Shown in pieces: positions 1 to 10,311 of a DNA stretch of 64,000 nt. Each line of letters starts with the position of its first letter. Position 1 is the first letter of the stretch. The notes under the pieces were generated by a model. It did no database searches. It saw only the letters and a list, made by a program, of their open reading frames with translations, and was not told the origin of the DNA. The DNA is from an uncultured Pelagibacteraceae bacterium (GTDB lineage: Bacteria; Pseudomonadota; Alphaproteobacteria; Pelagibacterales; Pelagibacteraceae). A program made the translations under genes and the position numbers. Location of the stretch: the NCBI GenBank assembly GCA_902604565.1, contig CACKZF010000002.1, positions 4,693-68,692 on the forward strand, given 5' to 3'.

Positions 1-986
1 GTTAGACCATAAAATACTGGTAAATCTCTTGAAAAATTTAATATAAATTCACTTAATGGTCCTAAATTATCTTTAGCATTAACAATAACACTTGTTGTTT
101 TTTCATCTTTGATAAAAGTATCATAAGCAATTGCTATACCAACTAATAATAATAATATTGCTAAAATAGTTTTAAATTCTGAGCTATCAATTTTTTCTCC
201 AATTTTTTGTCCAAACTGTACACCTATTATTGAACCTAAAATTAAAACAGTAACTAATATTAAATCTATGGTTCCATAATTCAACGCATGCAAAATTGTA
301 ACTATCGCACTGATAAATATAGTTACAAAAAGGGAAGTACCTGGAATTAATCTTGTTGGCATCCCAATAATATAAATCATTGCTGGTACTAAAATGAAAG
401 CACCACCTATTCCCATAATTGCAGCGATGAAACCAACTATCAGACCTATTATTATTGGTGTAAATGCACTTTCATAAAGTTGCGACTTTTTAAAACGCAT
501 TCTTAAAGGAAGACCATGTATCCAATAATGTTTATGTAGTTTTTTTTTTTCAGTTATTTTTTTTCTTGCTTTATCAATTTCTGATACACCTTGAATAAGC
601 ATAAAGGTTCCTAAAATTGCAAGGATATACATATAAGCTAAAGAGATAACTACATTGATTTTTCCAATATCTTTGAAATATGAAAAAGTTATAATTCCAA
701 GTATTGTTCCTACAGCTCCTCCAATGACAATCATGAAACCCATTTTGTAATCGAGTGTTCCTTTAAGATAATGAGTTGTAGATCCAGAGACTGAAGTTCC
801 TAAAATATTACTGGCTTCATTGGGGACTGCATAAATAGGAGGTACACCTAAAAAAATTAAAAAAGGTGTCATCAAAAATCCTCCACCTACTCCAAATAAA
901 CCAGATAAAATTCCTACAACTAAACTTAGACCAAATATAAAAAGTAAATTTATTTCGACTTGTGCAATTGGAAGAAAATACTCCAT
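1..986 (-). CDS. TauE/SafE family sulfite exporter (runs off the window start)
   Basis: Read by hand from ATG at 986: MEYFLPIAQVEINLLFIFGLSLVVGILSGLFGVGGGFLMTP, with a second GIGGAFILVP repeat. Hydrophobic; absent from the ORF track because it has no stop in the window. Confidence 0.85.
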   Translation of the reverse strand, partial: MEYFLPIAQVEINLLFIFGLSLVVGILSGLFGVGGGFLMTPFLIFLGVPPIYAVPNEASNILGTSVSGSTTHYLKGTLDYKMGFMIVIGGAVGTILGIITFSYFKDIGKINVVISLAYMYILAILGTFMLIQGVSEIDKARKKITEKKKLHKHYWIHGLPLRMRFKKSQLYESAFTPIIIGLIVGFIAAIMGIGGAFILVPAMIYIIGMPTRLIPGTSLFVTIFISAIVTILHALNYGTIDLILVTVLILGSIIGVQFGQKIGEKIDSSEFKTILAILLLLVGIAIAYDTFIKDEKTTSVIVNAKDNLGPLSEFILNFSRDLPVFYGL

Positions 987-1236
987 TTCAAGTAATTATT
1001 CCTCTACGAATATAAAGTCAATAAATATGAATGTTTTTTTAAATAAAATTCTGTGCAGTACTAAGAAGAATTATGCCCCAAGCAAAGAAGATAAAAAGAT
1101 ATAAAAATGATTTAATTATTTTACTTATTTGATTTTCAAAGAATAAAGGAAGTTTTTTTAAATTATGATTTATTATTTGAAACATACCCGCGGAATATCA
1201 CAAGTTGTAATAAATGCAAATATTTTTTAAAAATAT

Positions 1237-1587
1237 TTAGAAAATTGTTGCACCGAAGACTTTGACTTCATCTCCCTCTTCTCCGAGAACTAGTCTTCCT
1301 AAAAAGTCTCCAGGGATCTTTGTGCTAGTCTGTTTATATAAGACTGTTATGTAAAGACCTCTTCTAAGACAGCCGATTGCTTTACATCCTTCAGCTAAAC
1401 TTGAAATCAACTCATTATTTGCCCATTGTTTTCCAAGTTCGACTTCATTAGCTCCATACATCATTTGGGAGGACAAATCTCGAGTAAAGCCACCATAATC
1501 TTTGATGTTTGAGGACCTAACTAAGTTAGCCCACATTGGTTCTGCAATTTTAATAATTTCCTCGTCGGATTTATCTAAAAGAGCCAT
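1237..1587 (-). CDS. Hypothetical protein directly downstream of aprA
   Basis: 116-aa ORF starting 16 bp after the aprA stop on the same strand; plausible globular composition. Confidence 0.7.
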   Translation of the reverse strand: MALLDKSDEEIIKIAEPMWANLVRSSNIKDYGGFTRDLSSQMMYGANEVELGKQWANNELISSLAEGCKAIGCLRRGLYITVLYKQTSTKIPGDFLGRLVLGEEGDEVKVFGATIF

Positions 1588-1603
1588 TTCTGATTTGTTT
1601 CAA

Positions 1604-3466
1604 TTAAGAAGCTTCTTTTTTCTTCTCGTTCTCATCTACGATATGGTAAACAGGCACTTTTTCCAAAGTAAACTTACCAGTTTTAGGATCTCTTCTAGAA
1701 ACTGTCAAACAATGCCAATTATCATCGTCAAGCTTCATATGATCACCTCTATAATAATATCCCGGCCATCTAGTTTCTTCTCTAAACATAGTATGTTCTG
1801 TTACACACTGAGATGTTAAAGCTCTATGCTTAAGCTCCCAGGCTCTCATTAGCTGATGATAGTCTTCTGCTCCAACATTTTCTAGATCCTCTTCAAGCCA
1901 TTTGAGTAATTCTAGACCTTTTTTAAGCATGTTTGCGTTAGTCATGTAGTTTGTAGCAATTCCTCCAACATATTCGTCCATAATTCTTTGTAATCTTTGA
2001 AGGCCTTGAATTGGAGAGATATAACTAGGTGAAACAGTTCCTCCAGTTATCTCGTTTCTTCCAACAGTATAATTTTCAAGTGGTTTATAAACAGCTGTTT
2101 TAAAGTCCTCACATTGTTTATCGCTAACTTTAATATCATTAGCTTTTTGGTCTTCAATATATTTAACTGCTGCTTTTGCTGCTAAACGACCTTCTGTAAA
2201 TGATCCTGATGAAAATTTATGTGCGCTACCTCCAACAGTATCTCCGGCTCCAAAAAGTCCCTCAATTGTTAACATTCTGTTGTAACCCCAGAAATATTCT
2301 GGTGGTGATAGATCTTCTGGTCCGCTTACCCATGCCCCTGAGCATGTAGCATGTGAACCCATAACGTAAGGTTCCGATGTAGTAAGTTCTGGATTTGTGT
2401 ATTTAGGATCAATATTCTGTGATGCCCAAACAACAGCTTGACCAACTGTCATCCCTAAGAAGTTTTCCCAACCAACAGTTTCTAAATGTGGATCTTGGAA
2501 AGCCTCTGTAGTGACCATATGAATTGGGCCTCCGCCTGCCATAGTTTCTTGAATAAATGCATGATTTCTTAAACATGTAGGGGTTGGGTGATGGTCTATA
2601 TATTCACCAACCAATTCTTTAGTTTGTTCATACCATTTCTTTTCATAGTTTTCCCCATTAGCATTTTGAGTATAAGTTTTTAAATGTAGGAAATATGCGC
2701 CAACAGGACCGTATCCGTCTTTAAATCTACATAATACAATTCTGTTCTCCATTTGAGTCATTTTGGCTCCTGCTGCAATAGGAAGTGCGTATGCTGAACC
2801 ATTACTCCAAGGAGCATACCAAGTTCTTCCCATTCCTTCTCCTACAGCTCTTGGTTTAAATATGTGAGATGCTCCACCTGCAGCAACTATAACTGTCTTT
2901 GCTCTGAAAACATGAAAATCTCCAGTTCTCATATTAAACCCTACAGCTCCACCAACTCTATTTTCTTTTTCCTCATCCATTAAAAGATGAGTGATCATTA
3001 TTCTATTGTAAATTTTGTCAGCTGATTTTTTAGCAGCTTCAGCTACTATTGGTTTGTAACTTTCACCATGAATCATGATTTGCCATTTACCTTCTCTTAA
3101 GTAACGACCAGTTTTTTCATTTTTCATCATCGGCAGGCCCCACTCATCAAACATGTGGACAGTTGAGTCTACATGACGAGCCATATCATAACCTAAATCT
3201 TCTCTTACCATTCCCATTAAATCATTACGAGCATATCTAACGTGGTCTTCAGGTTGGTTTTCACCCCATTGCATACCCATGTAACAATTAATTGCGTATA
3301 ATCCTTGGGCTACAGCTCCGCTTCTATCTATATTTGCTTTTTCAACACAGACTATTTTCAAATCTCTGCCCCAGTGCCTTGCTTCAAATGCTGCACCTGT
3401 TCCAGCCATTCCGCCTCCAACTACTAGAACGTCACAATCTTCGTAATGTGTTTTATGTTTGGCCAT
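1604..3466 (-). CDS. aprA: Adenylylsulfate reductase alpha subunit
   Basis: GGGMAG FAD motif, RSGAVAQGL, GKWQIMIHGESYK, RFKDGYGPVGA, HKFSSGSFTEGR, REETRWPGYYYR. Confidence 0.97.
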   Translation of the reverse strand: MAKHKTHYEDCDVLVVGGGMAGTGAAFEARHWGRDLKIVCVEKANIDRSGAVAQGLYAINCYMGMQWGENQPEDHVRYARNDLMGMVREDLGYDMARHVDSTVHMFDEWGLPMMKNEKTGRYLREGKWQIMIHGESYKPIVAEAAKKSADKIYNRIMITHLLMDEEKENRVGGAVGFNMRTGDFHVFRAKTVIVAAGGASHIFKPRAVGEGMGRTWYAPWSNGSAYALPIAAGAKMTQMENRIVLCRFKDGYGPVGAYFLHLKTYTQNANGENYEKKWYEQTKELVGEYIDHHPTPTCLRNHAFIQETMAGGGPIHMVTTEAFQDPHLETVGWENFLGMTVGQAVVWASQNIDPKYTNPELTTSEPYVMGSHATCSGAWVSGPEDLSPPEYFWGYNRMLTIEGLFGAGDTVGGSAHKFSSGSFTEGRLAAKAAVKYIEDQKANDIKVSDKQCEDFKTAVYKPLENYTVGRNEITGGTVSPSYISPIQGLQRLQRIMDEYVGGIATNYMTNANMLKKGLELLKWLEEDLENVGAEDYHQLMRAWELKHRALTSQCVTEHTMFREETRWPGYYYRGDHMKLDDDNWHCLTVSRRDPKTGKFTLEKVPVYHIVDENEKKKEAS

Positions 3467-3936
3467 TAATAATAAACTCCCTTTTTGAAAGTTTCTTTTG
3501 GAACTGATGGTAGTTCTCCATCAATATTTAAACCTTCTGGCTCAGTATATAATCTTTGAGAGTTTATCTCTCCTTGATTTGGTTTATCTCCTTCAGCAAG
3601 TTTTGGAATAAACTTTCCCCAAGGTTTAGTTGTGATTGGAGATACAAAATCTTTTGTAGTTCCATTTCTAAATTTTATTTTCCATGAGATGGTTCCTTTT
3701 TCTTCTTCACGTCTAACTCTTACGCTGTGTCCCATTGGTGCAAAATCTGCATAGCCTCTTACATCAATTGCATGATTAGGGCATGCTTTCACGCACGAAT
3801 AGCACTCCCAGCAAAAGTTTGGTTCAATATTCTTTGCTCTTCTTATTGTTTCATCGATATGCATTATATCTGATGGACAAATATCTACGCAGTGACCACA
3901 GCCATCGCAACGGGTCATGTATACAAAAGTTGACAT
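3466..3936 (-). CDS. aprB: Adenylylsulfate reductase beta subunit (2x[4Fe-4S])
   Basis: CDGCGHCVDICP and CWECYSCVKACP; overlaps the aprA start. Confidence 0.97.
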   Translation of the reverse strand: MSTFVYMTRCDGCGHCVDICPSDIMHIDETIRRAKNIEPNFCWECYSCVKACPNHAIDVRGYADFAPMGHSVRVRREEEKGTISWKIKFRNGTTKDFVSPITTKPWGKFIPKLAEGDKPNQGEINSQRLYTEPEGLNIDGELPSVPKETFKKGVYY

Positions 3937-3970
3937 AATTTAATTTTTCTCCTTTTTAATTTTTATCATA

Positions 3971-4771
3971 TTAATAGTGTTTTGGCTCTTCTCTTTTTAT
4001 ACCTAAGCCAAATTGCTCAGGTGCATCTGCTTCTGGTGGTAGATTATCTCTAGAACCATCAGCTTCTGCTAAATTTTTTTGTAGTGCTGCACCAGGTTTA
4101 TAAAACATATGAGCAAACTTTGACCAATATACTCCACCAAATAAAACTAAATTTGCTGTAATAAATAATGCTAAGAAAACCATATCATCATATCTTCCAA
4201 TAAGATTTAGTGATTGAAGATAAGACCATATCAAACCAAATAAAGATGATGCTATTAATGCTAAAACAAATAAGTCAGCTTTAATAACTCTAAACCAAGG
4301 TTGTGCCTCAGAATAAACATCAACTCTTAAAAAAAACCAAAACCAAGATCCTCCTAGTACAGTTAGTGCTGCTCCTATGTGCCATATCATTGGCCACACC
4401 GTAGGAGTAGTAGATCCTGGAGATGTATAAAAGAAGATCATTACAACTGAACCTACCCAAAAAAGTATAGTTCCGTACATTCCCATTACATGTGCCGCTC
4501 TTCTTTTACCTGCACCAAGTTCTGATGTTGTGGCAATGTCACTTGCTATAGTTTTTGAAATTACAGATATTCTTTCACCTGTTGATAGGGTTTTTGTAGC
4601 TGATAATTTTGCTTTTTTTGCATTATTAAAGAAATACTTCACATTTTTTTTATGAATAATATCCATAACTGTTCCAACTAGAATTAGTAAACCCATTAAA
4701 ATTACAAAAGATTGCATCAAAAATGGCGGTACGGTCTCAGCAAGTATTAAAAATGGATTAGTTGATATCAT
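3971..4771 (-). CDS. aprM: APS reductase membrane anchor AprM
   Basis: Multi-TM protein directly upstream of aprB; KNVKYFF and WSKFAHMFYKP motifs. Confidence 0.9.
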   Translation of the reverse strand: MISTNPFLILAETVPPFLMQSFVILMGLLILVGTVMDIIHKKNVKYFFNNAKKAKLSATKTLSTGERISVISKTIASDIATTSELGAGKRRAAHVMGMYGTILFWVGSVVMIFFYTSPGSTTPTVWPMIWHIGAALTVLGGSWFWFFLRVDVYSEAQPWFRVIKADLFVLALIASSLFGLIWSYLQSLNLIGRYDDMVFLALFITANLVLFGGVYWSKFAHMFYKPGAALQKNLAEADGSRDNLPPEADAPEQFGLGIKREEPKHY

Positions 4772-4867
4772 TGTGAATTTGTTCCTTCCGCATAAGATTT
4801 TTAGTACACTTATTTAAATAGATCAACCGCGATATAATGACATTTCAACAGCTTATAAAGGTAATTA

Positions 4868-5269
4868 TTATTTAGTTTTACGTAGATAATGTTGTTTTGA
4901 AGCAATTACACTTCTAACACCACCTTGAGGATTATCAACGTCTCCAGATCTTCTTGGAATCAGATGAATGTGACAATGATTAATTGATTGTCCTGCAGTT
5001 TTGCCAGAGTTAGACCCTACATTAAATCCCTCGATTGTATGATCTTTAATTTCAAGCTTCTTTTTAAGTTGTTTTAGAAGGGCATCACAGGCAAGAACTT
5101 CCTCACTATTTAATTCAAAATAATTTTCTACATGTCTCTTTGGGACAATTAAAGCATGATACTTTGAAACTGGGTAAGTATCATAGCTGGCGTAGGCCAA
5201 TTCATTTTCTAGTTCGAAATCATTGTTGGATATATTGCAAAATAAACATGGGTTATTGGGATCTCTCAT
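4868..5269 (-). CDS. HIT family nucleotide hydrolase
   Basis: CLFC N-terminus and GQSINHCHIHLIPR histidine triad. Confidence 0.9.
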   Translation of the reverse strand: MRDPNNPCLFCNISNNDFELENELAYASYDTYPVSKYHALIVPKRHVENYFELNSEEVLACDALLKQLKKKLEIKDHTIEGFNVGSNSGKTAGQSINHCHIHLIPRRSGDVDNPQGGVRSVIASKQHYLRKTK

Positions 5270-5272
5270 TTT

Positions 5273-6043
5273 TTAATTATAAATATATTTTTCTTTTTTA
5301 AACTCTTTTTCAAAAGTCTTGTACATTGAATTAAATATTTTGCTTTTTCTTCTCTTCCAATTGCTATCTACAATATAACTTGTAGAAACAACACCTTTGC
5401 CAGAACCAACTAATAAAATTTCATCAAATTGATTTAATTCTTTAAGATAAATATCTTTTTTAATTATATTAAATTTTTTTTCATAAAATTTAAAATTAGT
5501 TCCTCTATAATATTTGTTTTTAGGTGAATAAATTTTATTGTTTTTTACAAATAATAAATTTGAAGTTCCAGTTTCAAATATTTTATCTTTTACGCATAAA
5601 GCAATGTCCTCTTTAGATGTATTCATTTTAGATAAATATCCTAGTATTTTTTTGTATTTTAAGTTTTTATATTCAGGATTCACTCTTTCATAGTTTACTA
5701 ATTTAATGCCAAATTTATTGTTAAGTTTGACTCTGTCTCTAAGAGATATTGAAATAGTATTTTTATTTAAAGCAACTCTAAGTAAATGATTGTAAGGTTT
5801 TGTTTTATCTATATTTTCATTTATTAATTTTAATATTTTACTTTTTATTCCTTTATCATATATCTTATAGGCCTTTAATGATTTTATTAAATTATCAATG
5901 TGTGTTTTAAAAAAAAGAATTTTAGGTGGCTTATTATAGATCCACATTGTTGTAAAAACTCCATCCTTGTTCCATAGATCATCAAACTCAATTTCTTTAA
6001 AGTTTTTACGCTGATAAGATTTTTTTAATAAGTAATTTACCAT
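5273..6043 (-). CDS. pabC: Class IV aminotransferase, probable 4-amino-4-deoxychorismate lyase
   Basis: GVFTTM, YKNLKY, ETGTSNLLFV motifs; in an operon with pabA/pabB-like genes. Confidence 0.65.
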   Translation of the reverse strand: MVNYLLKKSYQRKNFKEIEFDDLWNKDGVFTTMWIYNKPPKILFFKTHIDNLIKSLKAYKIYDKGIKSKILKLINENIDKTKPYNHLLRVALNKNTISISLRDRVKLNNKFGIKLVNYERVNPEYKNLKYKKILGYLSKMNTSKEDIALCVKDKIFETGTSNLLFVKNNKIYSPKNKYYRGTNFKFYEKKFNIIKKDIYLKELNQFDEILLVGSGKGVVSTSYIVDSNWKRRKSKIFNSMYKTFEKEFKKEKYIYN

Positions 6044-6563
6044 TATTTGTCAAAAAAGATTCTGGGTGAAACTGAAATCCATATACATCATCTTGAGTAT
6101 TTTCAAAACCCATTGCTATATCAGATTTAGTACATCTCATTGTGATATTAAAGTTTTCTGCCTTAAAAGGTTCTTTTAACTTAAGTGAGTGATACCTGCC
6201 AACTGTAAAAATTGAATTTTTTTTAAAAATAGAATGATTACTTGCAACTTTTACAGTCGATTGAAAACCATGATAAATATTTTTTTGTTGAATAATTTTT
6301 CCATTTTCACTGTGTAAGATCAATTGATAACCAAGACAAATACCAATAATTTTTTTTGTTCCTTTGTATTTATTATAAATCTTTATAGATGTTGGGTAAT
6401 CCTTGGGTGATCCTGGTCCAGGAGAAAATACTATTGTTTTAGATTTATCCAATAATTTTTTATTTATATCAAAGTAATTTGAACAATATACTTCGTCAAA
6501 TTCAGAAAATTGATGAACTACATTCCAAGTAAATGAATCTTGATGATCAATAATATAAATCAT
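6006..6563 (-). CDS. pabA: Glutamine amidotransferase (aminodeoxychorismate/anthranilate synthase component II)
   Basis: DSFTWN, SPGPGSP, GICLGYQ, RYHSL, QFHPES. Confidence 0.8.
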   Translation of the reverse strand: MIYIIDHQDSFTWNVVHQFSEFDEVYCSNYFDINKKLLDKSKTIVFSPGPGSPKDYPTSIKIYNKYKGTKKIIGICLGYQLILHSENGKIIQQKNIYHGFQSTVKVASNHSIFKKNSIFTVGRYHSLKLKEPFKAENFNITMRCTKSDIAMGFENTQDDVYGFQFHPESFLTNNGKLLIKKILSA

Positions 6564-7774
6564 TTAAATAATTCCAAAAGTGATTTTGCCTTGATAAAGT
6601 TTTCATTGAATTCTTTCTTTGGATTACTATCCAACACAACTCCAGATGCTGCAGATATTTCTGATCTATTTTTAAAATTTAAAATTGATCTAATAATTAA
6701 ATTAAACCTCATATCTTCATTAAATTTTATATACCCAAAACTCCCAGTAAAAATATTTCTATCTTCCTTTTCTTGTGAATTAAGTAATTCCAATGTTCTT
6801 ATTTTAGGACAACCAATTACAGATCCACCTGGCATCATTGACTTAATTATTTCTATAACAGATGTTTTTTGATTTAATTTTCCAATAATGCTAGTCACGT
6901 AATGATATAGGTGCTTATATTCCTCTACATATTTTTGTTTTTTGATTTTTACTGTACCTGGTTTGCATATTCTAGATAAATCATTTCTCTCAAGATCAAC
7001 AATCATATTATGTTCTTTAGTTTCTTTGATGTTATTTCTAAAGAATTTGAGAGCTTTAGATTTTGTTGTATATTTGTTTTTTTTTAAGGTACCAGCAATA
7101 GGTTTGGTATTTATAAAATTACCAACTCGATTGATTAAAGTCTCAGGAGAACAGCTAACTATTGAATAATCTTTATCTCTAATCATAAATGATTCAGGCG
7201 AAGAGTTAATCTTCATTAGTTTCCAAAAGAAATTTACCGAATTAATTGCAGATTTATTTTTGTACTTTGTGCATATTTTAATTTGGTACGTTTCACCCTC
7301 TCTAATTTTTCTTGAAAATGTATCAAATATTTTTTGATATTTGCTAAAATCTAAATTGAGCTTAAAAGGGCTTAGAATTTTTGTTTTTTGAAAGACTTCA
7401 CTGAATTGAGCTCTTTTTATATTTGAATGAATAGTAATTTTTTTTCTAATTTTAATTAAAGTTTCAGGTTTATAAAAAATACCCTTGTGAAATTTTAAAT
7501 TTTTTTGGTTTTTTATAGATAAATTTAAAAGACTACATAAAATCTCATAACCAAAAAATCCCACATATAAGTCGGTTTCTTTTCTATATTTTTTCGAAGA
7601 AAAGCTACGTAAAAATTTTGCAATATTATTTTTGTTAAGCGTTATCTTTTTTGAAAAATCAGTATAAATATTATAACCCCCGTCAACTTTATAAATAATA
7701 AGGGGCTTATTTGACTGATAAAGTTTTTCTAAATATTTATTAAACTTAAGTTTATGCTGCCTGAACTCTTTCAA
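6560..7774 (-). CDS. pabB: Chorismate-binding enzyme, probable aminodeoxychorismate synthase component I
   Basis: GETYQ, SPETL, TKPIAGT, EHNMIVDLERNDL, PGGSVIGCPK. Confidence 0.75.
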   Translation of the reverse strand: MKEFRQHKLKFNKYLEKLYQSNKPLIIYKVDGGYNIYTDFSKKITLNKNNIAKFLRSFSSKKYRKETDLYVGFFGYEILCSLLNLSIKNQKNLKFHKGIFYKPETLIKIRKKITIHSNIKRAQFSEVFQKTKILSPFKLNLDFSKYQKIFDTFSRKIREGETYQIKICTKYKNKSAINSVNFFWKLMKINSSPESFMIRDKDYSIVSCSPETLINRVGNFINTKPIAGTLKKNKYTTKSKALKFFRNNIKETKEHNMIVDLERNDLSRICKPGTVKIKKQKYVEEYKHLYHYVTSIIGKLNQKTSVIEIIKSMMPGGSVIGCPKIRTLELLNSQEKEDRNIFTGSFGYIKFNEDMRFNLIIRSILNFKNRSEISAASGVVLDSNPKKEFNENFIKAKSLLELFK

Positions 7775-8975
7775 TTGTTTTCTCTTTTATAGGTAAGTGT
7801 ATCACACCAGCAAAAATAGAAAGTGCGATAGATGCGTACCAAGCATAATCAAAGTTACCATGCATTTCATAAAAAACTCCACCTAGATATGCTCCAAGAA
7901 AGGATCCTACCTGATGACTGACAAATACAATACCATATAAAAGACCTAGATGTTTTGTTCCAAATATATGTCCCACTATTCCATTAGTTGGGGGTACAGT
8001 TGAAAGCCACAGAAGTCCAAATGTTACTCCAAATACTATACAATTAAATACGCTTGGAGGTAAAAATATAAAATAAATTAATGATACACCTCTTAAAAAA
8101 TAAATTGCACTTAAAACTTTCTTTTTGCTAAATCTAGTTGCTAAATAACCTGCACCAATTGTACCAATCATATTAAAAACACCAACTAGAGCTAATATCA
8201 TTGCTGCTGTCCAATCGGGTAACCCTCTATCCATCATATAGGTTGGGATATGCGTAGCCACTAAAGCAATATGCCAACCACAAACAAAAAAACCAAGAGT
8301 TAAAAATATGAAACTTTTATTTCCAAAAGCCTCTCTTAAAGCTTCTGATGCTGTTTGATTGTTATCTAAATTACTACTTCCAACTGGAATTTTTGGAGTA
8401 TTTACAAATAGAGCAACAATTAATCCAATTCCTAATAGAAAACAAAAATATAAAATTGTAATTTCCCACCCCGTTTCAATTAATGAGTGTCTAACCAATA
8501 AAGGTGAAACAAAAAAACCAAATGATCCTGCACATGTAACAATACCTGTTGCTATTGTTCTATTAGAAGCAGGAAAATGTTTGGCAACAACTGATACTGG
8601 GATACTTATAGCAGTACCACCTAATCCTATACCAATCAATATTCCAATCGTTAGAGTAAAGTAGTGTCCAGTATTAAGTCCTGAGTAGAAAAGTAATAGT
8701 CCTGATAAAAAAAATAAAAAACCCACAAATATAGCTGTTGCACCTCCATATTTATCAGTTATGAAACCAAAAACTGGACTGAAGATTCCCCACATTAAAA
8801 GTTGCAAACCTATTACAAAACCAAAATGTGAAATAGAAATATTCAGATCTGTATTAAAATCAAAAAAAAATAAGCCAAATGTTTGCCTAATACCCATTGC
8901 AAAAATAACTGTTAATGAAGCTGCAATAAGGGTAACCAGTGCTTTTTTACTAGTGAAAAATTTTTCTTTGCTCAT
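7752..8975 (-). CDS. MFS transporter
   Basis: About 12 TM segments; GFITDKYG loop motif. Confidence 0.85.
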   Translation of the reverse strand: MSKEKFFTSKKALVTLIAASLTVIFAMGIRQTFGLFFFDFNTDLNISISHFGFVIGLQLLMWGIFSPVFGFITDKYGGATAIFVGFLFFLSGLLLFYSGLNTGHYFTLTIGILIGIGLGGTAISIPVSVVAKHFPASNRTIATGIVTCAGSFGFFVSPLLVRHSLIETGWEITILYFCFLLGIGLIVALFVNTPKIPVGSSNLDNNQTASEALREAFGNKSFIFLTLGFFVCGWHIALVATHIPTYMMDRGLPDWTAAMILALVGVFNMIGTIGAGYLATRFSKKKVLSAIYFLRGVSLIYFIFLPPSVFNCIVFGVTFGLLWLSTVPPTNGIVGHIFGTKHLGLLYGIVFVSHQVGSFLGAYLGGVFYEMHGNFDYAWYASIALSIFAGVIHLPIKEKTIERVQAA

Positions 8976-10147
8976 TTAACGAGCATAAGGCTTTTTCTAA
9001 TATCTGCAATTAAATCTTTTGGGTCTTCTAGTCCTATATGTAATCTTACCAAGTGTTCATTTTTATCTAAATTTAGGAATTTTCTATCACCCATCTCAAT
9101 ATCACTTTGCAGCAATGCTAAACTTTCAAAGCCACCCCAACTATAACCATGACCAAATAATTTTAACGAATTTACAAATTTCAAAACAGATTTTCTCCTT
9201 TTAGATCTTATAATTAATCCCATAAGACCTGATGAGCCAGAGTAATATTTTTTCCACATTCTAAAATTGAAAGAGTTTTTTTTATAAGGATACAAAAGTT
9301 TTACTTTTTTACTTTTGGAAAGAAACTTACAGACTTCTTTAGCATTAGACTCATGTTTATCTAATCTAATATCTAAAGTTCTTAAGCCTCTTGTTATTAA
9401 ATAAGCATCATCAGGACCTAATCTTAAACCCAAAACATCGTCTGCTTTTTTGACGTGTTTATATACTTTTTTGTTAACAGCTAAACTTCCACCCATCACA
9501 TCGGAATGTCCTGAATAATATTTTGTTGCTGATACTATTGACATATCAAAACCCAATTTAATGGGTTTAAAAAAATATGGTGTTGCCCAAGTATTATCTA
9601 TTGCAGTAAATATTTTATTTTTTTTTGCAATAGAAATAACTTTTTTTAGATCTTGGAATTCAAAAGTATTACTTCCAGGGCACTCAACGTAAATTAGTTT
9701 AGTTTTACTTGTTATGCTTTTTTCTAGAGACTTTAAATCATGAGGGTTATAAAATTTTGTTTTAATTCCAAATTCTTTAAGATAATTTTCACTTAAATTT
9801 CTAGTTGGATTGTAAAGTGGATCTGAAACTATTATCTCATCTCCTGGTCTTGTTACACTAAATATTGATAGAAATACCGATCCAAATCCAGTTGGAGTTA
9901 AAAATACATTGTATGATTGCTCCAGTTTGGTAAGAATTTTTTGTAATATGAAAGTTGTTGATGTGCCTTTTCTACCGTAATCATAATGTCCACCTAATGG
10001 TTTTTTTAAAGCCATTCTTTGCATTTTTCTTAAATCTTGCATTGATTTAAAAATAATTGTGGATGCCCTTACAACTGGTGGATTGACAGAATGGTTGTGA
10101 AAATCTTTAGCCGTATGCTTTAAAAAAGTTTTAAAGGAATAATCCAT
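8972..10147 (-). CDS. metC: Cystathionine beta-lyase (PLP trans-sulfuration family)
   Basis: VNPPVVRASTI, YGRKG, DNTWATP, SATKYYSGHSD, SWGGFESL, RLHIGLED. Confidence 0.85.
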   Translation of the reverse strand: MDYSFKTFLKHTAKDFHNHSVNPPVVRASTIIFKSMQDLRKMQRMALKKPLGGHYDYGRKGTSTTFILQKILTKLEQSYNVFLTPTGFGSVFLSIFSVTRPGDEIIVSDPLYNPTRNLSENYLKEFGIKTKFYNPHDLKSLEKSITSKTKLIYVECPGSNTFEFQDLKKVISIAKKNKIFTAIDNTWATPYFFKPIKLGFDMSIVSATKYYSGHSDVMGGSLAVNKKVYKHVKKADDVLGLRLGPDDAYLITRGLRTLDIRLDKHESNAKEVCKFLSKSKKVKLLYPYKKNSFNFRMWKKYYSGSSGLMGLIIRSKRRKSVLKFVNSLKLFGHGYSWGGFESLALLQSDIEMGDRKFLNLDKNEHLVRLHIGLEDPKDLIADIRKSLMLVK

Positions 10148-10222
10148 AAAAAATTTGATATGTACTTAGGACAATGCTATATCCACCAAATAAGTCAATA
10201 AAATAGTAAAACTAAGGAGATT

Positions 10223-10306
10223 ATGGGATATCCAAAAAAACATAGAGGCCGTAGAAAAATGGGCTCTAAAAAAAGAAGAGCAAGAAAAAAAAATAAAAAG
10301 AAATAG
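10223..10306 (+). CDS. 27-aa K/R-rich small protein MGYPKKHRGRRKMGSKKRRARKKNKKK (possible ribosome- or nucleic-acid-binding peptide)
   Basis: AAGGAGA just upstream of ATG 10223; TAG at 10304-10306; fills the metC-mnmA gap. Not in the ORF track. Confidence 0.65.
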   Translation: MGYPKKHRGRRKMGSKKRRARKKNKKK

Positions 10307-10311
10307 AAAAT

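Noticed and set aside
1027-1132. Short plus-strand ORFs in the spacer upstream of the TauE gene (e.g. MPQAKKIKRYKNDLIILLI)
   Set aside because: No convincing RBS; composition matches AT-rich spacer DNA.
1604-4771. Dissimilatory sulfate reduction
   Set aside because: AprM-type anchor and no qmo, dsr or sat in the window; fits the oxidative/sulfite-handling Apr lineage.
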